Shown piece by piece: positions 63,678 through 64,000 of a stretch of 64,000 bases of DNA. The notes below the pieces were generated by a model. The model saw only the letters and a program-made list of their open reading frames with translations. It searched no databases and was not told the DNA's origin. The number at the start of each line of letters is the position of its first letter. The first letter of the stretch is position 1. This stretch comes from Thermoplasmata archaeon (lineage in GTDB: Archaea; Thermoplasmatota; Thermoplasmata; Lutacidiplasmatales; UBA184): NCBI GenBank assembly GCA_022750115.1, contig JAKIWI010000002.1:109221-173220 (forward strand), written 5' to 3'. Both the position numbers and the translations under genes were made by a program.

Positions 63678-63787
63678 GCCCCCGAATCGAGGCGCCGTCG
63701 GGACAGCACGAACCGCGAGAGGCTCGCCGTCTCCGCCGCTTCCGAACGCTCGATCCGAGGGATCGCGCAAAGCTTCCGCCGGAAAGT

Positions 63788-64000
63788 CTACGCCGACCGA
63801 CCGCCGGGGGACTGGTCCATCGCCGCGAAGGCGAGCGAGTAGAACTCGGCGGGGGCCGTTTCGAGCGTCGCGATCTCGGCGGCTGTGAGACGGCCCGGAT
63901 TGAGGCTCGTCCAGATCAACAGGAAGAGCCACAGCGCACCTCCGAGGAAGGTGATCGGCGTCAGGATCTGGAGCTCGAGCGTGCTGACGAACCCGACCGA
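63788..64000 (-). CDS. Membrane protein, C-terminal part only (5' end outside the window)
   Basis: Not in the ORF track. The reverse strand reads '...SVGFVSTLELQILTPITFLGGALWLFLLIWTSLNPGRLTAAEIATLETAPAEFYSLAFAAMDQSPGGRSA*' with the stop at the complement of 63788-63790. Confidence 0.45.
   Translation of the reverse strand, partial: SVGFVSTLELQILTPITFLGGALWLFLLIWTSLNPGRLTAAEIATLETAPAEFYSLAFAAMDQSPGGRSA

Noticed and set aside
1-64000. Searched by eye for rRNA, tRNA, C/D-box sRNAs (RUGAUGA...CUGA in spacers), CRISPR repeats, transposase, integrase or toxin-antitoxin signatures.
   Set aside because: No convincing instance was found. The 'TGATGA' strings seen lie inside CDSs or at the GT2/GH gene junction. 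Absence by eye is weak evidence and should be confirmed with tRNAscan-SE, Infernal and ISfinder-type searches.

Overview
This is a visibly GC-rich archaeal chromosomal segment. Archaeal marker genes run throughout it: fibrillarin/Nop5, Nop10, aIF2-alpha, L15e, L44e, S27e, LX, L1/P0/P1, GINS, prefoldin-alpha, Trm56, PAC2 and FtsY. The thermopsin-type 'GLPxGTxW' repeat proteins hint at a Thermoplasmata-like lineage, but that is inference only.

Positions 1-33.5 kb are tightly packed housekeeping genes. They cover translation, tRNA/rRNA modification, purF, mevalonate kinase, Obg-family GTPases, argS and queC. Many promoters look leaderless, with a TATA-like box about 25-30 nt upstream of the start codon.

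Positions 33.9-64 kb are an accessory surface/secretome island. It holds very large N-glycosylation-sequon-rich proteins (YVTN+PKD, PQQ beta-propeller, Kelch, InlB-B-type repeats, thermopsin-type repeats). It also holds a translationally coupled GT2 synthase + glycoside hydrolase pair, an ABC-2 exporter, M29-like aminopeptidase paralogs and a membrane-tethered wHTH protein. Unusually long non-coding gaps in this half carry a repeated intergenic element and gene fragments.

I recognised no rRNA, tRNA, CRISPR array, transposase or integrase.

The candidates most worth a second look are:
- A four-gene operon (15.8-20.5 kb) joining a soluble TraD/VirD4/HerA-like ATPase to one intact and two Walker-A-degenerate KaiC-like proteins.
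- A composite repeated intergenic element with five copies or relics.
- A rearrangement scar at 47.9-48.9 kb made of paralog fragments.
- A 650-bp structured non-coding gap at 33.9-34.6 kb.
- A Cys-pair Ig-like module shared by three surface proteins.

All functional calls rest on motifs read by eye from the translations. No database search was possible.
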